Shown here piece after piece: positions 59,667-64,000 of a stretch of DNA of 64,000 nt. Numbering within the stretch: position 1 is the stretch's first letter; every line of letters starts with the position of its first letter. Both the position numbers and the translations under genes were made by a program. The stretch is from Candidatus Altimarinota bacterium (GTDB lineage Bacteria; Patescibacteriota; Gracilibacteria; JBDHUY01), in assembly GCA_039809385.1 (NCBI GenBank), contig JBDHUY010000008.1:1-64000 (forward strand), read 5' to 3'. The notes under the pieces are model-generated. The model made no database searches. It saw only the letters and a program-made list of their open reading frames with translations, and had not been told where the DNA came from.

Positions 59667-60413
59667 TTACCCCACCCCGATTACGGGAGCATAGACCACA
59701 CCGGGCGGGGCAAAATTATCCAGACGGTGTAGAACTTCGGGATCGAGACTCGCAATGCGAAAAACTTTGGTCGTGCCCACCACGCTAAAAGTCGACAGCA
59801 GATCCCCCAGAATCTTGTAACTATACACCCCCCGTGTCCACGCCGCTCCCTGCAGCGTATCGGTCAGCATCTGAATAAACAGCGGATTGGGCGCCGAACC
59901 CGGGTTAAAAACGGTACAACGCTTTGGTTCGCGATGTTTCGCTACCAAATAACAGATCGTCCCTCCCAAGGAATGACCGCAAATGCGCTTCGTATACGCC
60001 GGATAGCGTTCCCGCACAGCGTCGTACAATACCAGCGACTGTTCGATACGCGGATCCAGTCCCGAGACCCCCAGCAGCAGCTCGACGTCACTGGCCAGAT
60101 CGTGAAAATTCCCGATATCGGTGCCTCGATAGCCAATGAGGCAATCGCGCCTTATCTCGTTCACATACAAACATACCTGTCCGACATTCGAAAAATCGGC
60201 ATCCAGCCGGTAACCGCTCACTGCCAAGGGACGCCTGGTAATCGGATAATACGCATACGTAGCCACCTGATGCGCCAGAATATCTTCCTCCTGCAAACGG
60301 ATCACCGGATCGGCTACTTGGTCAAACAACGCCGAGAACCGACGCTTGATCCAGCGACTCGTAAAACGGATAGCGTGTTTTTCGCGCATTCGCGCGATCA
60401 GGTTAATCAGCAT
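59667..60413 (-). CDS. Alpha/beta hydrolase, class-3 lipase-like
   Basis: YRGTD, GHSLGG, FNPG, GDLLS, H.L.NF. Confidence 0.8.
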   Translation of the reverse strand: MLINLIARMREKHAIRFTSRWIKRRFSALFDQVADPVIRLQEEDILAHQVATYAYYPITRRPLAVSGYRLDADFSNVGQVCLYVNEIRRDCLIGYRGTDIGNFHDLASDVELLLGVSGLDPRIEQSLVLYDAVRERYPAYTKRICGHSLGGTICYLVAKHREPKRCTVFNPGSAPNPLFIQMLTDTLQGAAWTRGVYSYKILGDLLSTFSVVGTTKVFRIASLDPEVLHRLDNFAPPGVVYAPVIGVG

Positions 60414-61161
60414 GAGCGGAAGAAAAAACGTGCAAAAAAGTGTCCGAATGCAGATATGCCAGGGTATCGATCAGACGCCCCGGAGTTACATTGGGAGTTT
60501 TCTCCAGATCTTCGGGCAGTTCTTGGGAAAGATACAAATATTTTTCCAGAAAGATCGCACGAGCTATCCCCAGATCCGACAGAGGCGCGAGAACTTCGAT
60601 CGAAGCTCGCGATAAAGCCGCCAAATCGTTGGGATCAGTATATACTACCTCCATACCGGCAATCCAGTCGCGTTTGTTCCGCACCATGCCGGTAAGAAAG
60701 CGCCGGAACATCCGCGCGTAAAAAAATCCCACGATCAAAAAAGCAACCATGTTGAGCACAACCAAGATAGTACGAATAAAAGACGGAGCAAACAGAACCA
60801 GCAGATTGTAAAGCAGGAGCGAAATAAAGGGAACCGCCTTGAGGAGATTCGGCACGGTCCACCACGAGAGCGGTGACGCAGATAGCATATCAACGCGTAC
60901 CAATTCGTGAAGAGGTTTAGCCAGAACCGGCAGACGGTATACCAGAAAATTGCGGTTCTCCATATTATCATTTGTAAATGTGCGTACGATCGCTCCTTCG
61001 ATCGGAGTAGTTCCGGGCAGCCAAAAAGAGCGGCGAATAAACAGGTCGGTATCAAGCTCTCCCGCAAAGCCAAGTGTTCGCAAAACACTACGATAGGGAA
61101 AATAGCGGTGGGAATCGGCCCACACCAGTCGGGATAAAAAATGGGAGAACGAATCGTTCAT
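60403..61161 (-). CDS. Hypothetical membrane protein (2 TM)
   Basis: 252 aa, overlaps the lipase start by 11 bp. Confidence 0.7.
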   Translation of the reverse strand: MNDSFSHFLSRLVWADSHRYFPYRSVLRTLGFAGELDTDLFIRRSFWLPGTTPIEGAIVRTFTNDNMENRNFLVYRLPVLAKPLHELVRVDMLSASPLSWWTVPNLLKAVPFISLLLYNLLVLFAPSFIRTILVVLNMVAFLIVGFFYARMFRRFLTGMVRNKRDWIAGMEVVYTDPNDLAALSRASIEVLAPLSDLGIARAIFLEKYLYLSQELPEDLEKTPNVTPGRLIDTLAYLHSDTFLHVFSSAHAD

Positions 61162-61388
61162 GAAAGAACGGCAAAGAACATATCAAACTATAATACCATT
61201 TGTAAGGCTTGGACTCAATAAAAATGACCGGGGACTTTCCGGCTGAATGGTACTAATTCCACAATAAATTAATGCTATAACCTACTGTAACGAAGCTAGA
61301 ATCACTCTATCCTGCTGCCGATCCGCCGCGGAGGAGAATGACCGATACATGATTTTAAAATTTTTCAGATACTCCGTTTGAGACCGGA

Positions 61389-63956
61389 TTAAAAATTCGT
61401 CGCCGGTTTGGTAAAAGAAAAATCGAGCGGCAGGGTAATAGTAATACGATTCCATACCGGCTCGTCGGGTTTTCTGTCATTGTAGTTAGACGAAACCGTA
61501 CAACTTCCCCGCAACGTCTCGTCCCCGTGTTTCTCTACCAATAACTGCAAGGCGGAGAAATCGACGCCGAGGTTTTTATTATCACCCGAAGGAGGGCGGT
61601 ACGGATCAAAAATCGTCGCCAGGCGTTCTCTAGAAAATCCCATGCCGGCATATTGGATTGTTAAAACAGCACATTCTTTCACCTTGTCTGAATTTGCAAC
61701 TGGTAGCTCTTTGGTTGAAAGATGGATAGAAATTTTTTCCTGAGACGCCATATCCTCTTTTTTTTGTAAAATATCTTCCAATGTAATAACCATGATTCGT
61801 CGTAGTACGCTCATCATTTTTCCTTTATCGACTAAGATATTTTTCTCGGCTATCGTATCGTCATGATGCATTTCAAAAAGTACCTGTTTCCCAGCAGTCT
61901 CTTTCTTGAGGGGCTCGATTTTCTTACTGTCGTTATTGTGAGGCACTGCAATCTCGAAAGACAAAGATGCAAAAACTGTCTTCAATTTCTGAATCCCAGC
62001 GATCATATCCGCGGGAATGAGTTCATGAAGAAAACGTTGCAATACCAGCTTCATCGGATGAATTGAGTAGGTAGCGACATCCATGTACAAACGAAATTGA
62101 TTGAGCAACTCATTACAGTTTTGAATATCTTCTTCTAAGTTTATCAAGTATTTACTGATCTGTTGGGCTTGTTTTTTAGATTCTCCGATAATGTCAGTCA
62201 GCTTCGCAGATTCATGATACAGTTCGGGATACGAAGAAAGATCCATCGAATGTTCCAGTTCTTTTTGGAGCGTATTTAGATTGAGGACCAACTTATTAAA
62301 GTAATCATCTTGAATACCTTCAAAAATTTCCTCTAGTTGCGCAAAATATGCGGTATCGCACTGCATCATTTTGTGTATACGAGAAACCTCTTTATGAGAA
62401 AGTTGGCCATGTCTGTTCAATAACTCGTAATACGTGGCGCGCTCTGGATCAGAAAGCTTATCAAGTTTTTCTGAGGGTATAAAGCCAGAAAAAGAACGAT
62501 TTGCTATATTTTTCAATATTCTCGCTCTCTTGGAAAAAAGATGACATGCATCCTCTAGGACTCCGTGAAGTTGCTTGAAGTAAACTTCATACTTGCTTTG
62601 AGCATTTGAGATATTTTGAACAATCGTACCGATTCTTTCCTGGGTGGACTGAGACAGATTTTCTAGCTCGGGAGCAGCAATAGGCTGCTGCTGTTTTTTA
62701 TTGTTAATGTATTCATGAAGAGACTTCAGTTTTATTTTAAAAGCTTTAAAAGATTCGACTTCGGCATACATATAACTATGTAATATGTTACGGTTAGTCC
62801 CCTCTTGAATATCTGCAAAATTATTATTCTGAATCGATAAAAGAGATTTAGTGAGCGCAAACGTATGAAGCAAGTTAATAAAAATTTCACTGTCATTGGA
62901 TCTTGGAGCCAAATGCTGAACGATTTCTGTATGAACAAGTTTAGAAGTATTACGAGGAATCGTAATTGGTCGAGGGATATCAGGGTATGTTCGAGATAAA
63001 AGGTTCCGCAGGAAAAGAATGATCATGGTAAAATACTGCAATACCTCAGGTGGGAAAAATGTTTTTTGAAATTTTTCCGATTTTTCAAATGCCTCTTGCT
63101 GCTTCTTAATCAATGTATCGCACTTACTACAAAGCATTTCGGCATCTCCCTGGATACGGGCAATCAGATTTCCTACCAAATTGGTCACCGTCTCAGCAAG
63201 TTTGATACGATCCAGCGCTATTTTCTGTTCAGCCTTCATCCGTTCATTCGCAAGACCCAGCTCTTTTGCAACCTCCTCTGCCGTCTCGTTGGTAATAAAA
63301 GAAACCACGACCACTACATTTCCATCTTTGTCCGTATACGCAGGATTGATACGACTTTTCAGAATTTCGCGCCCGGCGAGTGTTTTTAGAGCTTTAGGAT
63401 TCGTGGAAATAACTTTTTCGGTTCGGTCGGTAGGCCCCTTTGTCTCCCGAACGATCTGGACGCGTTTAGCAAAAGTTCGCGCATTGGGCAAGGAACCGAC
63501 AACCGTCAGCACCTTGCTTGCCAATAAATTGGGAGGAGTATGCTCCTGGTCTTTCCACAAAACCAGCTGTACGGACAAGTAATCAATCGCAGATTGAATT
63601 TCGGTGACTTCCTCTTCTTTTTCTTCTTCGGTAAGCTGACGAAGAACAGGGTCAGTCTGCCCGTCCGGCGTTATTTCGGTAGGAATAAGTTGTTTTAACG
63701 CTTCGCGCCGTAATTGAAAGACTTTCTCCCGCATTTCGATAAGAGTCGCCCGGTCGAACGATATATCGTTCTGACCGTTATACCCAGATTCGGGAAGATT
63801 ACCGCGCAGAATATTTGACAGGGCATCGATATGGAGAGAAAGATCGGATCCCTCAAGAGAGAACGAAGCCAGCAAACTTTTTAAAAAATGTTCTTCGGCA
63901 TTCCGTTGTTTGTCGAGCGCCCCTTTCAACTTCATCTTGATATAGAACAACCCCAT
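61389..63956 (-). CDS. Large helical protein with degenerate HATPase_c domain (pseudokinase-like)
   Basis: ILVDKGKMMSVLRRI...LTIQYAGMGFSRERLATIFDPY...LGVDFSALQLLVEKHG; N, G1 and G2 boxes are substituted. Confidence 0.7.
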   Translation of the reverse strand: MGLFYIKMKLKGALDKQRNAEEHFLKSLLASFSLEGSDLSLHIDALSNILRGNLPESGYNGQNDISFDRATLIEMREKVFQLRREALKQLIPTEITPDGQTDPVLRQLTEEEKEEEVTEIQSAIDYLSVQLVLWKDQEHTPPNLLASKVLTVVGSLPNARTFAKRVQIVRETKGPTDRTEKVISTNPKALKTLAGREILKSRINPAYTDKDGNVVVVVSFITNETAEEVAKELGLANERMKAEQKIALDRIKLAETVTNLVGNLIARIQGDAEMLCSKCDTLIKKQQEAFEKSEKFQKTFFPPEVLQYFTMIILFLRNLLSRTYPDIPRPITIPRNTSKLVHTEIVQHLAPRSNDSEIFINLLHTFALTKSLLSIQNNNFADIQEGTNRNILHSYMYAEVESFKAFKIKLKSLHEYINNKKQQQPIAAPELENLSQSTQERIGTIVQNISNAQSKYEVYFKQLHGVLEDACHLFSKRARILKNIANRSFSGFIPSEKLDKLSDPERATYYELLNRHGQLSHKEVSRIHKMMQCDTAYFAQLEEIFEGIQDDYFNKLVLNLNTLQKELEHSMDLSSYPELYHESAKLTDIIGESKKQAQQISKYLINLEEDIQNCNELLNQFRLYMDVATYSIHPMKLVLQRFLHELIPADMIAGIQKLKTVFASLSFEIAVPHNNDSKKIEPLKKETAGKQVLFEMHHDDTIAEKNILVDKGKMMSVLRRIMVITLEDILQKKEDMASQEKISIHLSTKELPVANSDKVKECAVLTIQYAGMGFSRERLATIFDPYRPPSGDNKNLGVDFSALQLLVEKHGDETLRGSCTVSSNYNDRKPDEPVWNRITITLPLDFSFTKPATNF

Positions 63957-64000
63957 CGGATTTACATAAATAATCTTCTCGTTTCCCTCGGAACATTGAA

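Noticed and set aside
1-64000. Genetic code 25 (TGA=Gly) as in Gracilibacteria/Absconditabacteria
   Set aside because: Conserved genes are intact in code 11 and several end at TGA at the expected position (20606, 35107). The in-frame TGA at 9672 lies in a gene with other lesions.

Overview
Chromosomal window that reads in genetic code 11 (TGA used as stop). Gene style points to a Patescibacteria/CPR organism, most like Peregrinibacteria (inference, not searched). Housekeeping genes: tig, ssrA (439 nt, 26-aa tag), pyrH, holA, lgt, frr, rseP, malic enzyme, pepD. Main accessory content: (1) a ~16 kb minus-strand cluster (38790-55105) of cohesin- and dockerin-bearing surface proteins with lipoprotein and sortase-like anchors but no catalytic modules, resembling an enzyme-free cellulosome-like scaffold; (2) a signalling island (15700-24467) in which a methyltransferase, a GNAT/acyl-synthase-fold protein and a LuxN-like multi-TM kinase face a frameshifted OmpR regulator plus four kinase or pseudokinase genes; (3) a >2201-aa repeat-containing membrane protein at 1-6603 that the ORF track missed because its stop lies outside the window; (4) a four-helix-bundle gene flanked by inverted 9-mer arrays, plus many intergenic 7/9-nt periodic tracts that look like empty versions of such cassettes; (5) an amidase-SpoIID fusion, a decayed AbiEii-type toxin pair, AT-rich KAP-NTPase and HEPN genes, and several REP/MITE-like palindromes. 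All domain calls were made by eye from motifs; no searches were run.
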